Below are positions 10,585-19,753 of a stretch of DNA of 64,000 nt, piece after piece (the first letter of the stretch is position 1; every line of letters starts with the position of its first letter). The notes below the pieces were generated by a model, which saw only the letters and a list, made by a program, of their open reading frames with translations, searched no databases and had not been told where the DNA came from. The stretch is from Candidatus Cloacimonadota bacterium (GTDB lineage Bacteria; Cloacimonadota; Cloacimonadia; JGIOTU-2): NCBI GenBank assembly GCA_049903315.1, contig JBNGBT010000007.1:64360-128359 (forward strand), in the 5' to 3' direction. The position numbers and the translations under genes were made by a program.

Positions 10585-12696
10585 ATGCGGAAATTCTCAT
10601 CAGCATTCGAAGAAGAAAAAGACAGCGGCAAGGTACTCGACTCCAAGCTGATGAAGCGCTTGCTGAAATACCTCATACCCTATAAGATATATTTCATTAT
10701 CTCATTCTTCCTACTCATTACTATCGCATTTTTCGCTATAGCAATTCCTTACTTAACAAAATATGCTATTGATGAATATATCAATCCGTCTTTGAAGATC
10801 CTCACAGTGAAAGATCATCCTGAAATCCAGGAACACTTCAGCACACGATATAAAAAATATGTGGTCAGCCAGCAGGACGGCAAGATACTTATTCACAGCT
10901 ATAATATTGATAAATTGATACCAAAGCATTTTCACATGCTTGTTTCCAATGAGCTGATCAGCAAAGACATTTATGCATCCTATCCTATTAATGAAAAAAA
11001 CACGAGCATTGCCGAGAAATATCCCCAATTCATTACACGCTTTGGAAACTTCTATATCATTCCACAAAAAAACCTGCCTGAACTCAGTGTCGATGATACT
11101 AAAATCCTGCGGTCACGGGACATTAGCGGACTAAAAACACTTGCGGTCATATTTTTTGTTTTCCTGGTACTGCGCTTCGTATTCAGCTACGTGCAGATAT
11201 TCCTGACCCAGTACGCCGCCATGCATTCAATGTATGATTTGCGCATGAAACTCTTTAATCACCTTCAAAAACTGCCCATGTCTTTTTTCGACAAAAATCC
11301 CATTGGACGGTTGGTGACGAGAGTCACAAATGATGTGAATGCTCTTTCGGAAATGCTCGGCGAAGGTTTGATTACCCTCATACAGGATATTTTTATGATG
11401 GCGGCAATACTTGTAGTCATGTTGCTGATCAACTGGAAACTGGCACTCATCACATTTGTAGTCCTTCCTTTAGTGGTTTTCTTCATGCTGAAATTTAAGG
11501 CTGATATTCGCAAGGTATATCGAATGGTGCGTATACGTCTCGCGAAGATTAATGTCAGCTTAAGTGAGAACATATCAGGCATTCAGACCATCCAGCTTTT
11601 CCATCAGGAGAAGAAAAAACAGGCAGAATTCGAAACCGTAACCCAGGAATATTTTGAAGCTGAGAAAAAACAGATGCATGTCTTCGCAGTGTTCAGACCA
11701 CTTATCGATGTCATGGTCCATCTCGCGATTGCACTTATTCTCTGGTTTGGAGGTGGGAGTATTATTCAGAACAAGATGTCCCTTGGTGTATTGGTTGTAT
11801 TCATCAGCTATGTCCACCGCTTTTTCGACCCGCTACATGACCTGAGTCAGAAATATAATGTGTTGCAATCTGCAATGGCTGCTTTGGAGCGCATTTTCAA
11901 GCTGATGGATGAGAAAGAAGAGGACTATCCTGCATTGCATTCATATCCCGAACGATTACAAGGAGAGATCGAATTTAAAAATGTGTGGATGGCATATAAG
12001 AACGAAGATTGGGTCCTCAAGGATATTAATCTTAAAATAGCAAAAGGTGAAAAAGTTGCACTTGTGGGCTCTACAGGTGGAGGTAAGACCACGCTTGTAA
12101 AATTGATCAGTTCGTTCTACCCCTTCCAGAAAGGGGATATTATCATTGATGGAAAATCTATTAAGAATTATAATCTCGAAGAATTGCGGTACAATATCGG
12201 CGTAGTGCATCAGGATGTCTTTATTTTTTCAGGCAAAATAAGTGATAATATTTCTTTATTCAGGAAGAATATATCCAAAGAGCAAATCGTGCAGGCAGCA
12301 AAATATGTGAATGCGGACAGGTTCATTTCACGGCTTCCAAAGGGCTATGATGATGATGCAAAAGAGCGTGGTTCAGTGCTTTCTGCCGGTCAGCGTCAGC
12401 TCCTTGCCTTTGCCCGTGTATTGGTAGGGGATCCGAGCATTTTTGTTCTTGATGAAGCAACCTCGAATATCGATACGGAAACTGAAATGCTTATCCAGGA
12501 TGCTCTGAAAAAGATCATGGAGAATCGCACCTCGATCATTATTGCACACCGGCTCTCGACCATTCAGAATGTTGACCGCATTGTTGTTATTCATAAAGGT
12601 AAAATTGCGGAAGAAGGCTCACACAATGAGCTACTCAAACTTCGAGGGATTTACTACAAATTGTATGAACTTCAGTATAAAGGCATGGAAAAGTGA
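10585..12696 (+). CDS. ABC exporter, fused permease/ATPase, subunit 2 (MdlB/YheH-like) with an extracytoplasmic insertion after TM1
   Basis: GSTGGGKT, LSAGQRQ, VLDEATS, IAHRLST; about 120 aa hydrophilic insert between TM1 and TM2. Confidence 0.92.
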   Translation: MRKFSSAFEEEKDSGKVLDSKLMKRLLKYLIPYKIYFIISFFLLITIAFFAIAIPYLTKYAIDEYINPSLKILTVKDHPEIQEHFSTRYKKYVVSQQDGKILIHSYNIDKLIPKHFHMLVSNELISKDIYASYPINEKNTSIAEKYPQFITRFGNFYIIPQKNLPELSVDDTKILRSRDISGLKTLAVIFFVFLVLRFVFSYVQIFLTQYAAMHSMYDLRMKLFNHLQKLPMSFFDKNPIGRLVTRVTNDVNALSEMLGEGLITLIQDIFMMAAILVVMLLINWKLALITFVVLPLVVFFMLKFKADIRKVYRMVRIRLAKINVSLSENISGIQTIQLFHQEKKKQAEFETVTQEYFEAEKKQMHVFAVFRPLIDVMVHLAIALILWFGGGSIIQNKMSLGVLVVFISYVHRFFDPLHDLSQKYNVLQSAMAALERIFKLMDEKEEDYPALHSYPERLQGEIEFKNVWMAYKNEDWVLKDINLKIAKGEKVALVGSTGGGKTTLVKLISSFYPFQKGDIIIDGKSIKNYNLEELRYNIGVVHQDVFIFSGKISDNISLFRKNISKEQIVQAAKYVNADRFISRLPKGYDDDAKERGSVLSAGQRQLLAFARVLVGDPSIFVLDEATSNIDTETEMLIQDALKKIMENRTSIIIAHRLSTIQNVDRIVVIHKGKIAEEGSHNELLKLRGIYYKLYELQYKGMEK

Positions 12697-12698
12697 GG

Positions 12699-12730
12699 AA
12701 AATTTCTAAATCCTAATGTCTAATGCCTAA
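12699..12730 (+). repeat. Degenerate heptamer tandem repeat
   Basis: aaatttct-aaatcct-aatgtct-aatgcct-aa directly after the ABC gene stop. Confidence 0.45.
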
Positions 12731-12789
12731 TAAAAGTTAATAAATTTGACATAAAACGATTACCAAATAAATTTGGTGAGGAGTTGTCC

Positions 12790-12972
12790 ATGCCAATAAG
12801 CGGTAAAGAGTTGCTCACGAGATATCTAAAAGCAGGCTGGATAAAATTGAAACAAAAAGGTAGTCATGTGAAAGTTGGAAAAGATGATTTGAGACAAACA
12901 ATTTCCATGCAAAAGGAATTGAAAAAAGGTCTTGAAAGAAAATTATTAAAATTTTTAGAGGAGCATAAATAA
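12790..12972 (+). CDS. hicA: HicA family toxin
   Basis: About 60 aa, basic, with GW...QKGSHVK motif; directly upstream of HicB; TTGACA at 12746. Confidence 0.85.
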   Translation: MPISGKELLTRYLKAGWIKLKQKGSHVKVGKDDLRQTISMQKELKKGLERKLLKFLEEHK

Positions 12973-13397
12973 TGCGTTTTCATTTTAAGATACACAAAGA
13001 AAATAAGGGTTTCTGGGCAGAATGTATCGAGCTTGAAGGATGCAACACTCAGGCAGATACACTGCAACGGCTTGAAAAGAATATGTCTGAAGTGCTTAAC
13101 CTTTACCTCTCCGAACCTGAAGATTCAACAGTTGTCTTTCCAATTCCTGATGAGACAATTAAGGAAGCAAAGGATATTGTGAGTGTTAAAGTCGATCCTC
13201 ACGTAGCTTTTGCTTTTTTACTTCGAAGATATAGGTTAGTCAATAAACTTTCGCAACAGGACGTTGCAAAAAAAATGGGCTGGAAAAACATCTGGAGTTA
13301 CCAGCGATTTGAAAAAACTGCGAATCCAACCCTCGATAAGCTGTCCAAATTCAATGAAGCTTTCCCGGATCTTAATATTCCGCTTGTGTTTTCCTAA
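12972..13397 (+). CDS. hicB: HicB family antitoxin with C-terminal XRE-type HTH
   Basis: FWAECIELEGCNTQADT...NMSEVLNLYL N-domain; LSQQDVAKKMG...YQRFEKTANPTL HTH; TAATG coupling to hicA. Confidence 0.87.
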   Translation: MRFHFKIHKENKGFWAECIELEGCNTQADTLQRLEKNMSEVLNLYLSEPEDSTVVFPIPDETIKEAKDIVSVKVDPHVAFAFLLRRYRLVNKLSQQDVAKKMGWKNIWSYQRFEKTANPTLDKLSKFNEAFPDLNIPLVFS

Positions 13398-13437
13398 TTA
13401 AGTATATATAATTAAGATTTAACACAGGAGATAATTT

Positions 13438-13779
13438 ATGATTAATAATCCAGTAAATCAATGGGAAGAAAAAGATTTACAAGAACTTATTGAACGAAAT
13501 TTGGGTGAATCGATTTTTAGAGAATATAAAGAACAGATCAACATTTCTTCAAAAGGAGAAAAAAAAGAGATTTGCAAAGATGTTTCTGCAATTGCTAATT
13601 CCTATGGTGGTCAAATAATTTTTGGAATAGAAGAAGTAAAAGAAAGAAACAGTGGTAGTATTCCGAAAAAGCTTAAACCAATAAAAGATTTTTCACAAAA
13701 AGAAATTATGCAGCAAATACTCGCAGATGGAATCTTGCCACGTGTTGAATTCCAAATATTTTCCATAAAAATTGTATAA
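13438..13779 (+). pseudogene. Truncated Schlafen/AlbA_2 domain protein
   Basis: ESIFREYKE and KDVSAIANSYGGQIIFGIEE AlbA_2 core; stops at 113 aa near the end of the domain with no recognisable continuation. Confidence 0.65.
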
Positions 13780-13819
13780 AATTATTGAATAATATGAATG
13801 ATTGTGAAAAAAAGAGAAA

Positions 13820-13863
13820 ACCCCGTCCACCGGCTGGCGGACACTCCTCTGAGAGAGGGGAAT
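13820..13863 (+). repeat. REP-like double-hairpin element, degenerate
   Basis: GC-rich ACCCCGTCCACCGGCTGGCGGACACTCCTCTGAGAGAGGGGAAT in an AT-rich spacer, forming two adjacent stems. Confidence 0.55.
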
Positions 13864-13975
13864 AAAACCATGAACGAAAAATTTATAAATTTCAGGTATG
13901 AGCAAAGAAGAAATGATCATACTTAGTGAGATAACAACACACGACAAGGATGATGAACTCAAGATTTCGAATAAT

Positions 13976-14527
13976 ATGAAAAAAATTCTCCCAGATATAG
14001 GTCAGATCTATTTCGAATACAGCTCTCGCGCTATGCGTATCAGTATTTCCGTGAAAGTGGAGAGAGTCCGAGTCTCTGTGCCGGTAGGTGTTTCCATGAA
14101 AAAAGCACAGAAATTTGTAGAGTCAAAAAGTGATTGGATATATAAACATGTGCAAAGACTCAAGGAGCTTCAAAAGAACTATCAAGCACCTATAGCTCCA
14201 CAGAATATTAATCGCACACATACAAAAGCTGTACTCATACACAAGTTGGAAACCCTCGCACAGAAGCATGGATTTACCTACAATCGTGCGTTCATAAAAA
14301 ACCAGAAAACGCTGTGGGGAAGCTGTTCACACAAAAATAATATCAATCTCAATATAAAGCTTATACTTCTACCCGAGCCACTTCGAGAGTATATAATTCT
14401 GCACGAGCTTGTTCATCTCAAGGTGAAAAATCATAGTAAAACTTTCTGGCAGGAACTGGCGCATTATTGCCCGGATTACATGGAGCGCAGAAAGGAATTG
14501 AGAGTGTATCGGCTGGAATTCATGTAA
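13976..14527 (+). CDS. YgjP/DUF45 (M48/SprT-like) zinc-dependent hydrolase
   Basis: KNQKTLWGSCS and EYIILHELVHL..KNHS..FW; start uncertain (13898 or 13976). Confidence 0.88.
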   Translation: MKKILPDIGQIYFEYSSRAMRISISVKVERVRVSVPVGVSMKKAQKFVESKSDWIYKHVQRLKELQKNYQAPIAPQNINRTHTKAVLIHKLETLAQKHGFTYNRAFIKNQKTLWGSCSHKNNINLNIKLILLPEPLREYIILHELVHLKVKNHSKTFWQELAHYCPDYMERRKELRVYRLEFM

Positions 14528-14750
14528 TCTAACTATTGTGTATTCTACCAAAGAGAATACAGAGATCACAGAGAATTATTAGTAAAATATTGCTAGCTTG
14601 CGGATTGGGCTGTGTAGTAACAAAAAGCACTTTAACTCACGATCACTCGTCTCCTAGATTATTATAGGAGTATGAACAATTAAATAAATATTTTGACAGA
14701 AATTTACCATCTTCATAACTCTCTTTAAGAAATCTTCGAAAAGGTCTGCC

Positions 14751-15884
14751 ATGTATAAAAAATATAAGATCATATTATTAATATTTTTCTTCAGTTTCTT
14801 ATTTTTAGGTGCTGATGAAAATGAAAGTGAATATTCTTTGGACGGCATTGATGGACCATACATTTTCAGTGCAGGGGATTCCGTGCTTGTATATGAAATA
14901 AATGAGGATAATGAACTTAGTTCTTATAATGCAACTCGTTCAGATACCTTCAAAGTCGTTGTACCTAACGAAACAAATGACACCTTTTATTTTACCCTTC
15001 AGGAAAGATTGAAAATCTATCCGGCATGTTATCCGAATATCGAAAGGATATTTGCCGTTTCGGATATCGAAGGAAATTTTAATGCACTTGTGAGTCTTCT
15101 CCAAGAAAATGGAATTATTGATAAAAATTTTAACTGGGCTTTTAGTGATGGACATCTCGTGGTGAATGGAGATCTGGTTGATAGGGGAGAATTCGTCACA
15201 CCAATTCTCTGGCTTATCTACAAACTCGAACAAGAGGCGCAGGCACAAAATGGGATGGTGCACGTTATTCTGGGAAATCATGAGAACATGGATATCAAAG
15301 GACGAACAGACTATGCACAGAATAAGTACATCGCAGCTGCACAGAGAATCTGTCATAATGAGGATCCATCTGAATCACTTAAGTTTTTATTTTCAAAAGA
15401 TTCCGAACTCGGAGCATGGCTTAGGACTAAGAATTCTATTGAAAAAATAGGGAATATCATTTTTGTTCACGCTGGTTTGAGTCCGGAACTTATTGAGTAC
15501 GATTTTACTTTTCAACAGATCAATGATTCAATTCGGAAATATCTCGATTATCAAACAGGAGATATAGAAAATGAGGATAGTCAGTTTCTCTTCCGTAGTT
15601 TTGGTCCTCTCTGGTTTAGAGGAATGATCATGGATTATAAAGATTATTATACTAAAATAACAGAGGTGCAAGTCGATTCGCTTCTTGCGCAGTACGATGC
15701 AAATACTGTGGTCATAGGGCACACAATTGTGGATAGTGTCAGTGCGGATTATAATGGAAAAATCATAAGAATTGATGTTCATCAACCTGAAGAAAAGCAT
15801 ACAGGAAATGCTCAAGCACTTCTTATAGAGAATAATCATTTTTACAAAGTAAACGATCTTGGAGAAAAAGTAAAACTGAAATAA
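14751..15884 (+). CDS. Exported metallophosphoesterase, Shewanella-like phosphatase group
   Basis: Signal peptide; SDIEGN, GDLVDRG, GNHE, HAG, GPLWFRG and GHT motifs. Confidence 0.85.
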   Translation: MYKKYKIILLIFFFSFLFLGADENESEYSLDGIDGPYIFSAGDSVLVYEINEDNELSSYNATRSDTFKVVVPNETNDTFYFTLQERLKIYPACYPNIERIFAVSDIEGNFNALVSLLQENGIIDKNFNWAFSDGHLVVNGDLVDRGEFVTPILWLIYKLEQEAQAQNGMVHVILGNHENMDIKGRTDYAQNKYIAAAQRICHNEDPSESLKFLFSKDSELGAWLRTKNSIEKIGNIIFVHAGLSPELIEYDFTFQQINDSIRKYLDYQTGDIENEDSQFLFRSFGPLWFRGMIMDYKDYYTKITEVQVDSLLAQYDANTVVIGHTIVDSVSADYNGKIIRIDVHQPEEKHTGNAQALLIENNHFYKVNDLGEKVKLK

Positions 15885-15912
15885 TCAACTGTTCATAGCG
15901 TAAGATTCCAAC

Positions 15913-15939
15913 CTTTCAAACCGTTGAAAAGTTTGAAAG
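15913..15939. terminator. Hairpin between convergent genes, probably a terminator or a REP relic
   Basis: CTTTCAAAC-CGTTGAAAA-GTTTGAAAG, 9-bp stem. Confidence 0.45.
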
Positions 15940-15959
15940 AAACCGTTTGCAATGTTTTA

Positions 15960-16190
15960 TTATAATTCCAACCCTTTCAGATCTTCGACATTTATACTCA
16001 ACTGTGACATACAATCCTCGATTCCTTTATTATAAAACTCCTTTGCCAGGTTTTCTGTGAAGAAATCCAGTAGGAGGATCGCAGCGAGTTCTCCAATCTC
16101 TTCATCTCGTTCATTCAGGAAGAATATCTTTATCTTCTCAATCATTTTATCCTTTACTTCCTTTGAAAGTTCCACGCTTCTTTTTTTCAT
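15960..16190 (-). CDS. DUF2164 family protein
   Basis: IKIFFLNERDEEIGELAAILLLDFFTENLAKEFYNKGIED pattern. Confidence 0.85.
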   Translation of the reverse strand: MKKRSVELSKEVKDKMIEKIKIFFLNERDEEIGELAAILLLDFFTENLAKEFYNKGIEDCMSQLSINVEDLKGLEL

Positions 16191-16300
16191 AAGCTTTTGC
16201 TCTCCGGTTTTATGAGTAATTTTTTGATAGTGTATGATTTGTCAAAGCATTTACATTTTATTTCTTGACACGAGAAATGTTAAAGTAATAAGAAATTACT

Positions 16301-16849
16301 ATGAAAAAACAATGTCCTACTTTTATAAATAAAGGAACATATCTTTTAATCACAATACCCGTTATCCTTTTATACATAGCGATTGGTTATTATCTCTGGA
16401 ATTTTGCCAATATCTTCTTCTGGATATATCTTGCTTTGTTCATCCTCACTAATATGTTTCAGAGTTACTGCTGTGCCTATCAACACTGCCCTTATATGCA
16501 TGGATTCTGTTCCGGAATAGGCGGCTTTATTGTACCAGCCAGTCGAATAGCGCGATTATTTAAGAGTAAAGCGACCTCAAAATCCCTTTTCAATTTATCA
16601 ACAGTAATTGCATCAATATCAGCGTTGGGAATTATCATTTTACCTTTATTCTTCCTTCAAGCTCTGGGCATACTCTTTACACTCCTCTATTGTTTGATAT
16701 TTATTGCTTATGGAGAGTTATTCTTGAATATTATATGTCCCGATTGTGTAACAAAAAAGACCTGTCCTGCAGGATCCCTGTCTTCGAAAATTATTGTGGA
16801 GACTAGTACATCCGATATTTCTTCAGATCCTGATAATAAGCTGGAGTAA
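16301..16849 (+). CDS. Four-TM membrane protein with two Cys clusters, function unknown
   Basis: Hydrophobic segments; CCAYQHCPYMHGFC and CPDCVTKKTCP; TTGACA at 16265. Confidence 0.7.
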   Translation: MKKQCPTFINKGTYLLITIPVILLYIAIGYYLWNFANIFFWIYLALFILTNMFQSYCCAYQHCPYMHGFCSGIGGFIVPASRIARLFKSKATSKSLFNLSTVIASISALGIIILPLFFLQALGILFTLLYCLIFIAYGELFLNIICPDCVTKKTCPAGSLSSKIIVETSTSDISSDPDNKLE

Positions 16850-18944
16850 TACTTACAGCTGCACCGCCACCTTCAACTAAAGGGAGCTTGAGAATTGTCT
16901 TGTTACTAACGATCACATTTTCAATTCTATAAGACATTGGATTATCCTTCCAGTGAGCATCCAAATCATCCATGTAAAGAGTGGCAATATACCGTTGATT
17001 AGGTGTGAGGAAATGAAGGGAAATCTCTGATGTTCTTGCTTGTTCATCAGTTATTGCGCCAATATACCATTCATCTTTTTCTTTTGCTTTCCGAGCAATC
17101 GTAATATAATCTCCCGGTTCAGCTTCGATAATTTTCATATCATCCCAGTCGACCGGAACATCTTCTATGAATCGAAATGCATCGAGGAATCGCTTATAAT
17201 TTTCAGGAAGGTCAGCAGCCATTTGCAGGGGACTGTACATTGTGACATATAGTGCCAGCTGCTTAGCAAGCGTCGTGTGAACCTGTTCCCTTTTCTTAGG
17301 ATTGTAATAATCCAATTTTATCTGGAAAATTCCCGGAGTATAATCCATGGGACCACCCATCAAACGTGTGAAAGGAAGTATTGTTTCATGTTCGGGAGCA
17401 TTGCCAGAACTCCATGCATTGTACTCATTCCCCCGTGCAGATTCGCAGGCAAGCCAGTTGGGATAGGTTCGATGAAGTCCGGTCGGACGGCAGGATTCAT
17501 GGGAGTTGACCATAATATTATTTTCCGCTGTTTGCTGCGCGACGTGCACATAATGATTCACCATCCACTGTCCGTCATGATACTCGCCCCGCGGAATGAT
17601 CCTGCCTACATAGCCTGTTTTGACCGTATCGTAGCCATGCTTTTTCATGAACTCATAGGCATCGTGCATTCTGCGTTCGTAATTTGTGACAGAGCTCGAA
17701 GTCTCATGATGCATAATGAGTTTTACACCTTTTTCTTCTGCATAATGCTGCAATTCTTCAACATCGAAATCTGGGTAGGGTGTTACAAAATCGAAAACTT
17801 CTTCTTTCCATTTACCATACCAGTCCTCCCATCCAATATCCCATCCTTCGACCAGTACACCATCAAAACCATGTTCTTCAGCAAAATCTATATATCGTTT
17901 TGTATTTTCAGTTGTAGCGCCATGCCTCCCATTGGGAGTGAGTGATTGCCAATCCGTTCCCTCTAATTTTACATTTCCTACATCAGCATAGTTCCATGAG
18001 TTTTTTCCCACATGTAGGCACCACCAGATCCCGATGTATTTCTGAGGATGAATCCAGCTTGTGTCTTCGAGTTTGCATGGTTCATTCACATTCAATATCA
18101 GATTTGATGCAAGTATATCCTCTGCTTTATCGCTTATGATAATGGTTCTCCATGGCGTTTTGAATGGAGTTTGAATATAGGCTAAATTTCCCACTGCATC
18201 AGGAACGAGTTCGGCTGAAAGAATGCTGTTATACCTATCTATGAGAAGATGCATAACAGGATAATTTACCAATTCTGCTTCGTGGATATTGATGTATAAT
18301 CCGTTATCTGTTTTCATCATAAGAGGAGTCTGCACTGCATTATCTGCTATAATAGTTCGTGTGCCGATCTCGCTTGCAGTCAGTCCTTTTTGTGCATGGA
18401 CTTCACTTAATTTTGAGGTTGTATATGCGTACTCATTCGTATCATAATCCCCTGAAATCCAGAAAGCTTTATGATCACCTGCAAGATTGAATTGAGTTTT
18501 TTCTTTTTGAATAATGAAATAGGACAGATTTTTTTGCTCGGGAAATTCATAGCGAAATGCAACTCCGTCATTGTATGCTCGGAAATAGATCTTCAATGTC
18601 CTGTTGCTCAATTTTTTCTGCTCAAGAATAACTGTAAGTCCGTTATAATGATCTCGTATTGATTTGTATTCTCCCCAAACCGGCTCCCAGGTTTCATCAT
18701 ACGAGCAAGTGTCTGTAGATATAATACTAAATTGCGAATCCATTGCAGGAGAGTTCTTGATCTCGAAACCAAGAATGCTCGGTTCGATAACAGGTTTACC
18801 TTTGTAATAAACACTATATAGGGGAATTCCATTCACGTCGAGGGTGAAGTTAAGTTCGATGTTTTTATCTGGTGAAAAGAGTGTTGTTGCATGGATATTC
18901 ATCGTCATCAGTACCCCGAAAAGTAATAATATAATATTTTTCAT
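16803..18944 (-). CDS. Glycoside hydrolase family 97 (SusB-like alpha-glucosidase)
   Basis: Signal peptide from ATG 18944; KYIGIWW, VLVEGWDIGWE, MHHETS, ESARGNE, GGPMDYTPG and SPLQMAAD. Confidence 0.95.
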   Translation of the reverse strand: MKNIILLLFGVLMTMNIHATTLFSPDKNIELNFTLDVNGIPLYSVYYKGKPVIEPSILGFEIKNSPAMDSQFSIISTDTCSYDETWEPVWGEYKSIRDHYNGLTVILEQKKLSNRTLKIYFRAYNDGVAFRYEFPEQKNLSYFIIQKEKTQFNLAGDHKAFWISGDYDTNEYAYTTSKLSEVHAQKGLTASEIGTRTIIADNAVQTPLMMKTDNGLYINIHEAELVNYPVMHLLIDRYNSILSAELVPDAVGNLAYIQTPFKTPWRTIIISDKAEDILASNLILNVNEPCKLEDTSWIHPQKYIGIWWCLHVGKNSWNYADVGNVKLEGTDWQSLTPNGRHGATTENTKRYIDFAEEHGFDGVLVEGWDIGWEDWYGKWKEEVFDFVTPYPDFDVEELQHYAEEKGVKLIMHHETSSSVTNYERRMHDAYEFMKKHGYDTVKTGYVGRIIPRGEYHDGQWMVNHYVHVAQQTAENNIMVNSHESCRPTGLHRTYPNWLACESARGNEYNAWSSGNAPEHETILPFTRLMGGPMDYTPGIFQIKLDYYNPKKREQVHTTLAKQLALYVTMYSPLQMAADLPENYKRFLDAFRFIEDVPVDWDDMKIIEAEPGDYITIARKAKEKDEWYIGAITDEQARTSEISLHFLTPNQRYIATLYMDDLDAHWKDNPMSYRIENVIVSNKTILKLPLVEGGGAAVSITPAYYQDLKKYRMY

Positions 18945-19081
18945 AATTTTAAAATCCGTCATTGAATCTTTACTTACTATTGAAAAACTGAATTTCAATT
19001 TATTTTGTCAACTTGAACGATACCTAAATGTACAGATGCAATTTTCATTTGGGTGTTTATACAAAATAAATAATAAATAAT

Positions 19082-19116
19082 TTGACAAATTCGACCATTC
19101 AACCAAATTAGTCGAA
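19082..19116 (+). promoter_or_regulatory. TetR promoter with an overlapping palindromic operator
   Basis: TTGACA at 19082; inverted repeat TTCGACCATT...AATTAGTCGAA at 19090-19116. Confidence 0.6.
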
Positions 19117-19135
19117 AAATATAAATGGGGCGTGG

Positions 19136-19708
19136 ATGAATAATAAAGAAGAGTTGATAATTGATTCTGCCGAAGAAGTTTTTGCCCGTTTTGGTTACAA
19201 AAAATCAACAATGGAAGACATCGCAGCACAAGCACATATTGGAAAAGCAACACTGTATTATTATTTTCCAAGTAAAGAAGTTATATTTGGTGAAGTGATC
19301 CGCAAAGATTCGGAGCAGTTCAGGTCAAAGCTTAATGAAGCTGCTGCAACAGCCGATACACCGGAAGCGAAGATCCGTGCATACGTGGCTGCCCGAATGA
19401 TCCATCTTGAGGATATGAGTAAATTTTATCCAACTCTCACACAGGAATACCTGGATCACTATTTCTTTGTTGAGAAAATCCGCAAAGAGTTTTATGATTA
19501 CGAAAATACAATACTGAGCACTCTTCTTCAGGATGGAATTGATCAAAATTCATTTTTTGTTGATGATGTCGAATGCACAGCCCGAATGCTCGCTATCGCA
19601 ATTAAAGGTCTCGAATATCCAATGCTGCAAAATAAAGAGAACTATGATATCATTGGAGAGAGTACAAAAATGCTCGATATCATCTTTAATGGAATTAAAA
19701 GGAGATAA
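19136..19708 (+). CDS. TetR/AcrR family transcriptional regulator
   Basis: FARFGYKKSTMEDIAAQAHIGKATLYYYFPSKE HTH. Confidence 0.95.
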   Translation: MNNKEELIIDSAEEVFARFGYKKSTMEDIAAQAHIGKATLYYYFPSKEVIFGEVIRKDSEQFRSKLNEAAATADTPEAKIRAYVAARMIHLEDMSKFYPTLTQEYLDHYFFVEKIRKEFYDYENTILSTLLQDGIDQNSFFVDDVECTARMLAIAIKGLEYPMLQNKENYDIIGESTKMLDIIFNGIKRR

Positions 19709-19753
19709 GGTGAATATGTTAAGCAATCAATTTATTACAAAAGGAATCAAAAA

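Noticed and set aside
10585..11150. Extracytoplasmic insertion in the second ABC subunit as a novelty
   Set aside because: A similar insertion is known in BmrD/YheH-type heterodimeric exporters.
17277..17945. 222-aa plus-strand ORF, and the many other short ORFs opposite real genes
   Set aside because: Antisense or alternative-frame shadows of well-supported genes, with no RBS or family motifs.
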